From contig OZ024744.1 in the NCBI GenBank assembly GCA_964016885.1, forward strand, positions 123,194,001 to 123,258,000: a DNA stretch of 64,000 nt. Reading direction: 5' to 3'. Source of the stretch: Eledone cirrhosa (Eukaryota). Below, piece after piece: positions 1 to 15,000 of the stretch. A program made the position numbers and the translations under genes. Numbering within the stretch: the stretch's first letter is position 1; each line of letters starts with the position of its first letter. The notes beneath the pieces were generated by a model. The model was not told where the DNA came from, did no database searches, and was given only the letters and a program-made list of their open reading frames with translations.

Positions 1-3000
1 AACTATAGTCACTGTTAACAGATACTGGTACTAGGACTAACTATAGTCAGTTAACAGACACTGGTACTAGGACTAACTGTAGTCAGTGTTAACAGACACT
101 GGTACTAGGACTAACTGTAGTCAGTGTTAACAGACACTGGTACTAGGACTAACTGTAGTCAGTGTTAACAAACACTGGTACTAGGACTAAATATAGTCAG
201 TGTTAACAGACACTGGTACTAGGACTGACTGTAGTCAGTGTTAACAGACACTGGTACTAGGACTAACTGTAGTCAGTGTTAACAGACACTGGTACTAGGA
301 CTAAATATAGTCAGTGTTAACAAACACTGGTACTAGGACTAAATATAGTCAGTGTTAACAGATACTGGTACTAGGAGTAACTATAGTCAGTGTTAACAGA
401 CACTGGTACTAGGACTATCTATAGTCAGTGTTAACAGACACTGGTACTAGGACTAAATATAGTCAGTGTTAACAGACACTGGTACTAGGACTAACTGTAG
501 TCAGTGTTAACAGATACTGGTACTAGGACTAAATATAGTCACTGTTAACAGATAGTGGTACTAGGACTAAATATTGTCACTGTTAACAGATACTGGTACT
601 AGGAATAAATATAGTCACTGTTAACAGATACTGGTACGAGGACTAACTATAGTCAGTGTTAACAGACACTGGTACTAGGACTAACTGTAGTCAGTGTTAA
701 CAGACACTGGTACTAGGACTAACTATAGTCAGTGTTAACAGACACTGGTACTAGGACTAACTGTAGTCAGTGTTAACAGACACTGGTACTAGGACTAACT
801 GTAGTCAGTGTTAACAGACACTGGTACTAGGACTAACTATAGTCAGTGTTAACAGACACTGGTACTAGGACTAACTACAGTCACTGTTAACAGACACTGG
901 TACTAGGACTAACTATAGTCAGTGTTAATAGACACTGGTACTAGGACTAACTACAGTCATTGTTAACAGACACTGGTACCTGGACTAACAATAGTCAGTG
1001 TTAACAGACACTGGTACCTGGACTAACAACAGTCAGTGTTAACAGACACTGGTACTAGCACTAAATATAATCACTGTTAAAAGACACTAGTACTAAATAT
1101 AGTCACTGTTAACAGACACTGGTACTAGGACTAAATATAGTCAGTGTTAACAGACACTGGTACTAGGACTAACCACAGTTAGTGGTAACAGACACTGGTA
1201 CTAGGACTAAATATAGTCAGTGTTAACAGACACTGGTACTAGGGCTAAATATAGTCAGTGTTAACAGGCACTAGTACTAAATATATTCACTGGTACTAGG
1301 GCTAAATATAGTCAATGTTAACATGCACTGGTACTAAAACTAAATATAGTCACTGTTAACAGACACTGGTACTAGGACTAAATATAGTTACTGTTAACAG
1401 ACACTGGTACTAGTACTAACTACAGTCAGTGTTAACAGACATTGGTACTAGGACTAACTATAGTCAGTGTTAACAGATACTGGTACTAGGACTAAATATA
1501 GTCACTGTTAACAGACACTGGTACTAGGACTAAATATAGTTACTGTTAACAGATACTGGTACTAGTACTAACTACAGTCAGTGTTAACAGACATTCGTAC
1601 TAGGACTAACTATAGTCAGTGTTAACAGATACTGGTACTAGGACTAAATATAGTCACTGTTAACAGATACTGGTACAAGGACTAAATATAGTTACTGTTA
1701 ACAGACACTGGTACTAGCACTATCTATAGTCAGTGTTACCAGACACTGGTACAAGGACTAAATATAGTCAATGTTAACAGATACTGGTACAAGGACTAAC
1801 TACAGTCAGTGTTAACAGACACTGGTACTAGGACTAACTATAGTCACTGTTAAAAGACACTGGTACTAGGACTAAATATAGTCAGTGTTAACAGACACTA
1901 GTACTAAATATAGTCACTGTTAACAGACACTGGTACTAGGACTAACTACAGTCAGTGTTAACAGACACTGGTACTAGGACTAACTACAGTCAGTGTTAAC
2001 AGACACTGGTACTAGGGCAAAATATAGTCACTTTTAACAGACACTGGTAATAGGACTAAATATAGTCAGTGTTAACAGACACTGGTACTAGTACTAACTA
2101 CAGTCAGTGTTAACAGACATTGGTACTAGGACTAACTATAGTCAGTGTTAACAGATACAGGTACTAGGACTATCTATAGTCACTGTTAACAGACACTGGT
2201 ACTAGAACTAAGTATAGTCAGTGTTAACAGACACTAGTACTAGGACTAAATATAGTCATTTTTAACAGACACTGGTACTAGGACTAAATATAGTCAGTGT
2301 TAACAGATGCTGGTACTAGGACTAAATATAGTCAGTGTTAACAGATACTAGCACTAGGACTAACTATAATCACTGTTAACAGACACTGGTACTAGGACTA
2401 AATCTTCTCAGTGTTAACAGACACTGGTAATAGTACTAAATATAGTCACTGTTAACAGACACTGGTACTAGGACTAAATCTTCTCAGTGTTAACAGACAC
2501 TGGTAATAGTACTAAATATATTCACGGTTAAGAGATAGTGGTACTAGGACTAACTACAGTCAGGGGTTAACAGACACTGGGACTAGGACTAAATATAGTC
2601 ACTGTTAACAAACACTGGTACTAGGACTAACTATAGTCACTTTTAATAGATACTAGTACTAGGAATAACTACAGTCAGTGTTAACAGACACTGGTACTAG
2701 CGCTAAATATAGTCAGTGTTACAGACACTGGTACTAGGGCTAAATATAGTCACTGCTAACAGGCACTGGTACTAGGACCAAATATTGTCACTGTGAACAG
2801 AAACTGGTACCTGGACTAACAACAGTCAGTGTTAACAGACACTGGTACTAGCACTAAATATAATCACTGTTAAAAGACACTAGTACTAAATATAGTCACT
2901 GTTAACAGACACTGGTACGAGGGCGAAATATAGTCAGTGTTACAGACACTGGTACTAGGGCTAAATATAGTCACTGTTAACAGGCACTGGTACTAGGACC

Positions 3001-6000
3001 AAATATTGTCACTGTTAACAGAAACTGGTACCTGGACTAATAACAGTCAGTGTTAACAGACACTGGTACTAGGATTAAATATAATCACTGTTAACAGACA
3101 CTAGTACTAAATATAGTCAGTTAACAGACACTGGTACTAGGACTAACTATAGTCACTGTTAACAGATACTGGTACTAGGACTAACTATAGTCAGTTAACA
3201 GACACTGGTACTAGGACTAACTGTAGTCAGTGTTAACAGACACTGGTACTAGGACTAACTGTAGTCAGTGTTAACAGACACTGGTACTAGGACTAACTGT
3301 AGTCAGTGTTAACAAACACTGGTACTAGGACTAAATATAGTCAGTGTTAACAGACACTGGTACTAGGACTGACTGTAGTCAGTGTTAACAGACACTGGTA
3401 CTAGGACTAACTGTAGTCAGTGTTAACAGACACTGGTACTAGGACTAAATATAGTCAGTGTTAACAAACACTGGTACTAGGACTAAATATAGTCAGTGTT
3501 AACAGATACTGGTACTAGGAGTAACTATAGTCAGTGTTAACAGACACTGGTACTAGGACTATCTATAGTCAGTGTTAACAGACACTGGTACTAGGACTAA
3601 ATATAGTCAGTGTTAACAGACACTGGTACTAGGACTAACTGTAGTCAGTGTTAACAGATACTGGTACTAGGACTGACTATAGTCAGTGTTAACAGACACT
3701 GGTACTAGGACTAACTGTAGTCAGTGTTAACAGACACTGGTACTAGGACTAACTGTAGTCAGTGTTAACAGACACTGGTACTAGGACTAAATATAGTCAG
3801 TGTTAACAGACACTGGTACTAGGACTAACTGTAGTCAGTGTTAACAGACACTGGTACTAGGACTAAATATAGTCAGTGTTAACAGACACTGGTACTAGGA
3901 CTAACTGTAGTCAGTGTTAACAGATACTGGTACTAGGACTGACTATAGTCAGTGTTAATAGACACTGGTACTAGGACTAACTGTAGTCAGTGTTAACAGA
4001 CACTGGTACTAGGACTAACTATAGTCAGTGTTAACAGACACTGGTACTAGGACTAAATATAGTCAGTGTTAACAGACACTGGTACTAGGACTAACTATAG
4101 TCAGTGTTACCAGATACTGGTACTAGGACTAAATACAGTCACTATTAACAGATACTGGTACTAGGACTAAATATAGTCAGTGTTAACAGACACTGGTACT
4201 AGGACTAAATATAGTCACTGTTAACAGATACTGGTACTAGGACTAAATATAGTCACTGTTAACAGATACTGGTACTAGGACTAAATATAGTCACTGTTAA
4301 CAGATAGTGGTACTAGGACTAAATATTGTCACTGTTAACAGATACTGGTACTAGGACTAAATATAGTCACTGTTAACAGATACTGGTACGAGGACTAACT
4401 ATAGTCAGTGTTAACAGACACTGGTACTAGGACTAACTGTAGTCAGTGTTAACAGACACTGGTACTAGGACTAACTATAGTCAGTGTTAACAGACACTGG
4501 TACTAGGACTAACTGTAGTCAGTGTTAACAGACACTGGTACTAGGACTAACTGTAGTCAGTGTTAACAGAAACTGGTACTAGGACTAACTATAGTCAGTG
4601 TTAACAGACACTGGTACTAGGACTAACTACAGTCACTGTTAACAGACACTGGTACTAGGACTAACTATAGTCAGTGTTAATAGACACTGGTACTAGGACT
4701 AACTACAGTCATTGTTAACAGACACTGGTACCTGGACTAACAATAGTCAGTGTTAACAGACACTGGTACCTGGACTAACAACAGTCAGTGTTAACATAAA
4801 ATTGGTACTAGCACTAAATATAATCACTGTTAAAAGACACTAGTACTAAATATAGTCACTGTTAACAGACACTGGTACTAGGACTAAATATAGTCAGTGT
4901 TAACAGACACTGGTACTAGGACTAACTACAGTTAGTGGTAACAGACACTGGTACTAGGACTAAATATAGTCAGTGTTAACAGACACTGGTACTAGGGCTA
5001 AATATAGTCAGTGTTAACAGGCACTAGTACTAAATATATTCACTGGTACTAGGGCTAAATATAGTCAATGTTAACAGGCACTGGTACTAAAACTAAATAT
5101 AGTCACTGTTAACAGACACTGGTACTAGGACTAAATATAGTTACTGTTAACAGACACTGGTACTAGTACTAACTACAGACAGTTTTAACAGACATTGGTA
5201 CTAGGACTAACTATAGTCAGTGTTAACAGATACTGGTACTAGGACTAAATATAGTCACTGTTAACAGATACTGGTACTAGGACTAAATATAGTTACTGTT
5301 AACAGACACTGGTACTAGCACTATCTATAGTCAGTGTTACCAGACACTGGTACTAGGACTAAATATAGTCAATGTTAACAGATACTGGTACAAGGACTAA
5401 CTACAGTCAGTGTTAACAGACACTGGTACTAGGACTAACTATAGTCACTATTAAAAGACACTGGTACTAGGACTAAATATAGTCAGTGTTAACAGACACT
5501 AGTACTAAATATAGTCACTGTTAACAGACACTGGTACTAGGACTAACTACAGTCAGTGTTAACAGACACTGGTACTAGGACTAACTACAGTCAGTGTTAA
5601 CAGACACTGGTACTAGGGCAAAATATAGTCACTTTTAACAGACACTGGTAATAGGACTAAATCTTCTCAGTGTTAACAGACACTGGTAATAGTACTAAAT
5701 ATAGTCACTGTTAACAGACACTGGTACTAGGACTAAATCTTCTCAGTGTTAACAGACACTGGTAATAGTACTAAATATAGTCACGGTTAAGAGGTAGTGG
5801 TACTAGGACTAACTACAGTCAGGGGTTAACAGACACTGGGACTAGGACTAAATATAGTCACTGTTAACAGACACTGGTACTAGGACTAACTATAGTCACT
5901 TTTAATAGATACTAGTACTAGGAATAACTACAGTCAGTGTTAACAGACACTGGTACTAGCGCTAAATATAGTCAGTGTTACAGACACTGGTACTAGGGCT

Positions 6001-9000
6001 AAATATAGTCACTGTTAACAGGCACTGGTACTAGGACCAAATATTGTCACTGTTAACAGAAACTGGTACCTGGACTAACAACAATCAGTGTTAACAGACA
6101 CTGGTACTAGCACTAAATATAATCACTGTTAACAGACACTAGTACTAAATATAGTCACTGTTAACAGACACTGGTACGAGGGCGAAATATAGTCAGTGTT
6201 ACAGACACTGGTACTAGGGCTAAATATAGTCACTGTTAACAGGCACTGGTACTAGGACCAAATATTGTCACTGTTAACAGAAACTGGTACCTGGACTAAC
6301 AACAGTCAGTGTTAACAGACACTGGTACTAGGATTAAATATAATCACTGTTAACAGACACTAGTACTAAATATAGTCACTGTTAACAGACACTGGTACTA
6401 GGACTAACTATAGTCACGGTTAACAGATACTGGTACTAGGACTAACTATAGTCACTGTTAACAGACACTGGTACTAGGACTAACTATAGTCAGTGTTAAC
6501 AGACACTGGTACTAGGACTAACTGTAGTCAGTGTTAACAGACACTGGTACTAGGACTAACTGTAGTCAGTGTTAACAGACACTGGTACTAGGACTAACTG
6601 TAGTCAGTGTTAACAAACACTGGTACTAGGACTAAATATAGTCAGTGTTAACAGACACTGGTACTAGGACTAACTGTAGTCAGTGTTAACAGACACTGGT
6701 ACTAGGACTATCTATAGTCACTGTTAACAGACACTGGTACGAAAACTAAATATAGTCACTGTTAACAGACACTGGTACTAGGACTAAATATAGTTACTGT
6801 TAACAGACACTGGTACTAGCACTATCTATAGTCAGTGTTGCCAGACACTGGTACTAGGACTAAATATAGTCAATGTTAACAGATACTGGTACAATGACTA
6901 ACTACAGTCAGTGTTAACAGACACTGGTACTAGGACTAACTATAGTCACTGTTAAAAGACACTGGTACTAGGACTAAATATAGTCAGTGTTAACAGACAC
7001 TGGTACTAGTACTAAATATAGTCACTGTTAACAGACACTGGTACTAGGACTAACTACAGTCAGTGTTAATAGACACTGGTACTAGGACTAACTACAGTCA
7101 GTGTTAACAGACATTGGTACTAGGACTAACTATAGTCAGTGTTAACAGATACAGGTACTAGGACTATCTATAGTCACTGTTAACAGACACTGGTACTAGA
7201 ACTAAGTATAGTCAGTGTTAACAGACACTAGTACTAGGACTAAATATAGTCATTTTTAACAGACACAGGTACTAGGACTAAATATAGTCAGTGTTAACAG
7301 ATGCTGGTACTAGGACTAAATATAGTCAGTGTTAACAGATACTAGCACTAGGACTAACTATAATCACTGTTAACAGACACTGGTACTAGGACTAAATCTT
7401 CTCAGTGTTAACAGACACTGGTAATAGTACTAAATATAGTCACTGTTAACAGACACTGGTACTAGGACTAAATCTTCTCAGTGTTTACAGACACTGGTAA
7501 TAGTACTAAATATAGTCACGGTTAAGAGGTAGTGGTACTAGGACCAACTACAGTTAGGGGTTAACAGACACTGGGACTAGGACTAAATATAGTCACTGTT
7601 AACAGACACTGGTACTAGGACTAACTATAGTCACTTTTAATAGATACTAGTACTAGCAATAACTACAGTCAGTGTTAACAGACACTGGTACTAGCGCTAA
7701 ATATAGTCAGTGTTACAGACACTGGTAATAGGGCTAAATATAGTCACTGTTAACAGGCACTGGTACTAGGACCAAATATTGTCACTGTTAACAGAAACTG
7801 GTACCTGGACTAACAACAGTCAGTGTTAACAGACACTGGTACTAGGATTAAATATAATCACTGTTAACAGACACTAGTACTAAATATAGTCACTGTTAAC
7901 AGACACTGGTACTAGGACTAACTATAGTCACTGTTAACAGATACTGGTACTAGGACTAACTATAGTCACTGTTAACAGACACTGGTACTAGGACTAACTA
8001 TAGTCAGTGTTAACAGAAACTGGTACTAGGACTAACTATAGTCAGTGTTAACAGACACTGGTACTAGGACTAACTGTAGTCAGTGTTAACAGACACTGGT
8101 ACTAGGACTAACTGTAGTCAGTGTTAACAGGCACTGGTACTAGGACTAAATATAGTCAGTGTTAACAAACACTGGTACTAGGACTAAATATAGTCAGTGT
8201 TAACAGACACTGGTACTAGGACTAACTGTAGTCAGTGTTAACAGATACTGGTACTAGGACTGACTATAGTCAGTGTTAACAGACACTGGTACTAGGACTA
8301 AATATAGTCAGTGTTAACAGACACTGGTACTAGGACTAACTATAGTTAGTGTTAACAGATACTGGTACTAGGACTAAATACAGTCACTATTAACAGACAC
8401 TGGTACTAGGACTAACTGTAGTCAGTGTTAACAGACACTGGTACTAGGACTATCTATAGTCAGTGTTAACAGACACTGGTACTAGGACTAAATATAGTCA
8501 GTGTTAACAGACACTGGTACAAGGACTAACTGTAGTCAGTGTTAACAGATACTGGTACTAGGACTGACTATAGTCAGTGTTAACAGACACTGGTACTAGG
8601 ACTAACTATAGTCAGTGTTAACAGATACTGGTACTAGGACTAAATACAGTCACTATTAACAAACACTGGTACTAGGACTAAATATAGTCAGTGTTAACAG
8701 ACACTGGTACTAGGACTAAATATAGTCACTGTTAACAGATACTGGTACTAGGACTAAATATAGTCACTGTTAACAGATACTGGTACTAGGACTAAATATA
8801 GTCACTGTTAACAGATAGTGGTACTAGGACTAAATATAGCCACTGTTAACAGATACTGGTACTAGGACTAAATATAGTCACTGTTAACAGATACTGGTAC
8901 TAGGACTAACTATAGTCAGTGTTAACAGACACTGGTACTAGGACTAACTGTAGTCAGTGTTAACAGACACTGGTACTAGGACTAACTATAGTCAGTGTTA

Positions 9001-12000
9001 ACAGACACTGGTACTAGGACTAACTGTAGTCAGTGTTAACAGACACTGGTACTAAGACTAACTGTAGTCAGTGTTAACAGACACTGGTACTAGGAATAAC
9101 TACAGTCACTGTTAACAGACACTGGTACTAGGACTAACTATAGTCAGTGTTAATAGACACTGGTACTAGGACTAACTACAGTCATTGTTAACAGACACTG
9201 GTACCTGGACTAACAACAGACAGTGTTAACAGACAATGGTACCTGGACTAACAACAGTCAGTGTTAACAGACACTGGTACTAGCACTAAATATAATCACT
9301 GTTAAAAGACACTAGTACTAAATATAGTCACTGTTAACAGACACTGGTACTAGGACTAAATATAGTCAGTGTTAACAGACACTGGTACTAGGACTAACCA
9401 CAGTTAGTGGTAACAGACACTGGTACTAGGACTAAATATAGTCAGTGTTAACAGACACTGGTACTAGGGCTAAATATAGTCAGTGTTAACAGGCACTAGT
9501 ACTAAATATATTCACTGGTACTAGGGCTAAATATAGTCAATGTTAACAGGCACTGGTACTAAAACTAAATATAGTCACTGTTAACAGACACTGGTACTAG
9601 GACTAAATATAGTTACTGTTAACAGACACTGGTACTAGCACTATCTATAGTCAGTGTTACCAGACACTGGTACTAGGACTAAATATAGTCAATGTTAACA
9701 GATACTGGTACAAGGACTAACTACAGTCAGTGTTAACAGATACTGGTACTAGGACTAAATACAGTCACTATTAACAAACACTGGTACTAGGACTAAATAT
9801 AGTCAGTGTTAACAGACACTGGTACTAGGACTAAATATAGTCACTGTTAACAGATACTGGTACGAGGACTAAATATAGTCACAGTTAACAGATACTGGTA
9901 CTAGGACTAAATATAGTCACTGTTAACAGATAGTGGTACTAGGACTAAATATAGTCACTGTTAACAGATACTGGTACTAGGACTAACTATAGTCAGTGTT
10001 AACAGACACTGGTACTAGGACTAACTGTAGTCAGTGTTAACAGACACTGGTACTAGGACTAACTATAGTCAGTGTTAACAGACACTGGTACTAGGACTAA
10101 CTGTAGTCACTGTTAACAGACACTGGTACTAGGACTAACTGTAGTCAGTGTTAACAGACACTGGTACTAGGACTAACTATAGTCAGTGTTAACAGACACT
10201 GGTACTAGGACTAACTACAGTCACTGGTACTAGGACTAACTATAGTCAGTGTTAATAGACACTGGTACTAGGACTAACTACAGTCATTGTTAACAGACAC
10301 TGGTACCTGGACTAACAACAGTCAGTGTTAACAGACACTGGTACCTGGACTAACAACAGTCAGTGTTAACAGACACTGGTACTAGCACTAAATATAATCC
10401 CTGTTAAAAGACACTAGTACTAAATATAGTCACTGTTAACAGACACTGGTACTAGGACTAACTGTAGTCAGTGTTAACAGACACTGGTACTAGGACTAAA
10501 TATAGTCAGTGTTAACAGACACTGGTACTAGGACTAACTACAGTCACTGTTAACAGACACTGGTACTAGGACTAACTATAGTCAGTGTTAATAGACACTG
10601 GTACTAGGACTAACTACAGTCATTGTTAACAGACACTGGTACCTGGACTAACAACAGTCAGTGTTAACAGACACTGGTACCTGGACTAACAACAATCAGT
10701 GTTAACAGACACTGGTACTAGCACTAAATATAATCACTGTTAAAAGACACTAGTACTAAATATAGTCACTGTTAACAGACACTGGTACTAGGACTAAATA
10801 TAGTCAGTGTTAACAGACACTGGTACTAGGACTAAATATAGTCACTGTTAACAGATACTGGTACGAGGACTAAATATAGTCACTGTTAACAGATACTGGT
10901 ACTAGGACTAAATATAGTCACTGTTAACAGATAGTGGTACTAGGACTAAATATAGTCACTGTTAACAGATACTGGTACTAGGACTAACTATAGTCAGTGT
11001 TAACAGACACTGGTACTAGGACTAACTGTAGTCAGTGTTAACAGACACTGGTACTAGGACTAACTATAGTCAGTGTTAACAGACACTGGTACTAGGACTA
11101 ACTGTAGTCACTGTTAACAGACACTGGTACTAGGACTAACTGTAGTCAGTGTTAACAGACACTGGTACTAGGACTAACTATAGTCAGTGTTAACAGACAC
11201 TGGTACTAGGACTAACTACAGTCACTGGTACTAGGACTAACTATAGTCAGTGTTAATAGACACTGGTACTAGGACTAACTACAGTCATTGTTAACAGACA
11301 CTGGTACCTGGACTAACAACAGTCAGTGTTAACAGACACTGGTACCTGGACTAACAACAGTCAGTGTTAACAGACACTGGTACTAGCACTAAATATAATC
11401 CCTGTTAAAAGACACTAGTACTAAATATAGTCACTGTTAACAGACACTGGTACTAGGACTAACTGTAGTCAGTGTTAACAGACACTGGTACTAGGACTAA
11501 ATATAGTCAGTGTTAACAGACACTGGTACTAGGACTAACTACAGTCACTGTTAACAGACACTGGTACTAGGACTAACTATAGTCAGTGTTAATAGACACT
11601 GGTACTAGGACTAACTACAGTCATTGTTAACAGACACTGGTACCTGGACTAACAACAGTCAGTGTTAACAGACACTGGTACCTGGACTAACAACAATCAG
11701 TGTTAACAGACACTGGTACTAGCACTAAATATAATCACTGTTAAAAGACACTAGTACTAAATATAGTCACTGTTAACAGACACTGGTACTAGGACTAAAT
11801 ATAGTCAGTGTTAACAGACACTGGTACTAGGACTAACTACAGTTAGTGGTAACAGACACTGGTACTAGGACTAAATATAGTCAGTGTTAACAGACACTGG
11901 TACTAGGGCTAAATATAGTCAGTGTTAACAGGCACTAGTACTAAATATATTCACTGGTACTAGGGCTAAATATAGTCAATGTTAACAGGCACTGGTACTA

Positions 12001-15000
12001 AAACTAAATATAGTCTCTGTTAACAGACACTGGTACTAGGACTAAATATAGTTACTGTTAACAGACACTGGTACTAGCACTATCTATAGTCAGTGTTACC
12101 AGACACTGGTACTAGGACTAAATATAGTCAATGTTAACAGATACTGGTACAAGGACTAACTACAGTCAGTGTTAACAGACACTGGTACTAGGACTAACTA
12201 TAGTCACTGTTAAAAGACACTGGTACTAGGACTAAATATAGTCAGTGTTAACAGACACTAGTACTAAATATAGTCACTGTTAACAGACACTGGTACTAGG
12301 ACTAACTACAGTCAGTGTTAACAGACACTGGTACTAGGACTAACTACAGTCAGTGTTAACAGACATTGGTACTAGGACTAACTATAGTCAGTGTTAACAG
12401 ATACAGGTACTAGGACTATCTATAGTCACTGTTAACAGACACTGGTACTAGAACTAAGTATAGTCAGTGTTAACAGACACTAGTACTAGGACTAAATATA
12501 GTCATTTTTAACAGACACAGGTACTAGGACTAAATATAGTCAGTGTTAACAGATGCTGGTACTAGGACTAAATATAGTCAGTGTTAACAGATACTAGCAC
12601 TAGGACTAACTATAATCACTGTTTACAGATACTGGTACTAGGACTAAATCTTCTCAGTGTTAACAGACACTGGTAATAGTACTAAATATAGTCACTGTTA
12701 ACAGACACTGGTACTAGGACTAAATCTTCTCAGTGTTAACAGACACTGGTAATAGTACTAAATATAGTCACGGTTAAGAGGTAGTGGTACTAGGACTAAC
12801 TACAGTCAGGGGTTAACAGACACTGGGACTAGGACTAAATATAGTCACTGTTAACAGACACTGGTACTAGGACTAACTATAGTCACTTTTAATAGATACT
12901 AGTACTAGGAATAACTACAGTCAGTGTTAATAGACACTGGTACTAGCGCTAAATATAGTCAGTGTTACAGACACTGGTACTAGGGCTAAATATAGTCACT
13001 GTTAACAGGCACTGGTACTAGGACCAAATATTGTCACTGTTAACAGAAACTGGTACCTGGACTAACAACAGTCAGTGTTAACAGACACTGGTACTAGCAC
13101 TAAATATAATCACTGTTAAAAGACACTAGTACTAAATATAGTCACTGTTAACAGACACTGGTACTAGGGCGAAATATAGTCAGTGTCACAGACACTGGTA
13201 CTAGGGCTAAATATAGACACTGTTAACAGGCACTGGTACTAGGACCAAATATTGTCACTGTTAACAGAAACTGGTACCTGGACTAACAACAGTCAGTGTT
13301 AACAGACACTGGTACTAGGATTAACTATAATCACTGTTAACAGACACTAGTACTAAATATAGTCACTGTTAACAGACACTGGTACTAGGACTAACTATAG
13401 TCACTTTTAATAGATACTAGTACTAGGAATAACTACAGTCAGTGTTAATAGACACTGGTACTAGCGATAAATATAGTCAGTGTTACAGACACTGGTACTA
13501 GGGCTAAATATAGTCACTGTTAACAGGCACTGGTACTAGGACCAAATATTGTCACTGTTAACAGAAACTGGTACCTGGACTAACAACAGTCAGTGTTAAC
13601 AGACACTGGTACTAGCACTAAATATAATCACTGTTAAAAGACACTAGTACTAAATATAGTCACTGTTAACAGACACTGGTACTAGGGCGAAATATAGTCA
13701 GTGTCACAGACACTGGTACTAGGGCTAAATATAGACACTGTTAACAGGCACTGGTACTAGGACCAAATATTGTCACTGTTAACAGAAACTGGTACCTGGA
13801 CTAACAACAGTCAGTGTTAACAGACACTGGTACTAGGATTAACTATAATCACTGTTAACAGACACTAGTACTAAATATAGTCACTGTTAACAGACACTGG
13901 TACTAGGACTAACTATAGTCACTGTTAACAGATACTGGTACTAGGACTAACTATAGTCACTGTTAACAGACACTGGTACTAGGACTAACTATAGTCAGTG
14001 TTAACAGACACTGGTACTAGGACTAACTGTAGTCAGTGTTAACAAACACTGGTACTAGGACTAAATATAGTCAGTGTTAACAGACACTGGTACTAGGACT
14101 AACTATAGTCAGTGTTAACAGACACTGGTACTAGGACTAACTGTAGTCAGTGTTAACAGACACTGGTACTAGGACTAACTGTAGTCAGTGTTAACAGACA
14201 CTGGTACTAGGACTAAATATAGTCAGTGTTAACAAACACTGGTACTAGGACTAAATATAGTCAGTGTTAACAGACACTGGTACTAGGACTAACTGTAGTC
14301 AGTGTTAACAGATACTGGTACTAGGACTGACTATAGTCAGTGTTAACAGACACTGGTACTAGGACTAAATATAGTCAGTGTTAACAGACACTGGTACTAG
14401 GACTAACTATAGTCAGTGTTAACAGATACTGGTACTAGGACTAAATACAGTCACTATTAACAGACACTGGTACTAGGACTAAATATAGTCAGTGTTAATA
14501 GACACTGGTACTAGGAGTAAATATAGTCACTGTTAACAGATACTGGTACTAGGACTAAATATAGTCACTGTTAACAGATACTGGTACTAGGACTAAATAT
14601 AGTCACTGTTAACAGATAGTGGTACTAGGACTAAATATAGTCACTGTTAACAGATACTGGTACTAGGACTAAATATAGTCACTGTTAACAGATACTGGTA
14701 CTAGGACTAACTATAGTCAGTGTTAACAGACACTGGTACTAGGACTAACTGTAGTCAGTGTTAACAGACACTGGTACTAGGACTAACTATAGTCAGTGTT
14801 AACAGACACTGGTACTAGGACTAACTGTAGTCAGTGTTAACAGACACTGGTACTAGGACTTACTGTAGTCAGTGTTAACAGACACTGGTACTAGGACTAA
14901 CTATAGTCAGTGTTAACAGACACTGGTACTAGGACTAACTACAGTCACTGTTAACAGACACTGGTACTAGGACTAACTATAGTCAGTGTTAATAGACACT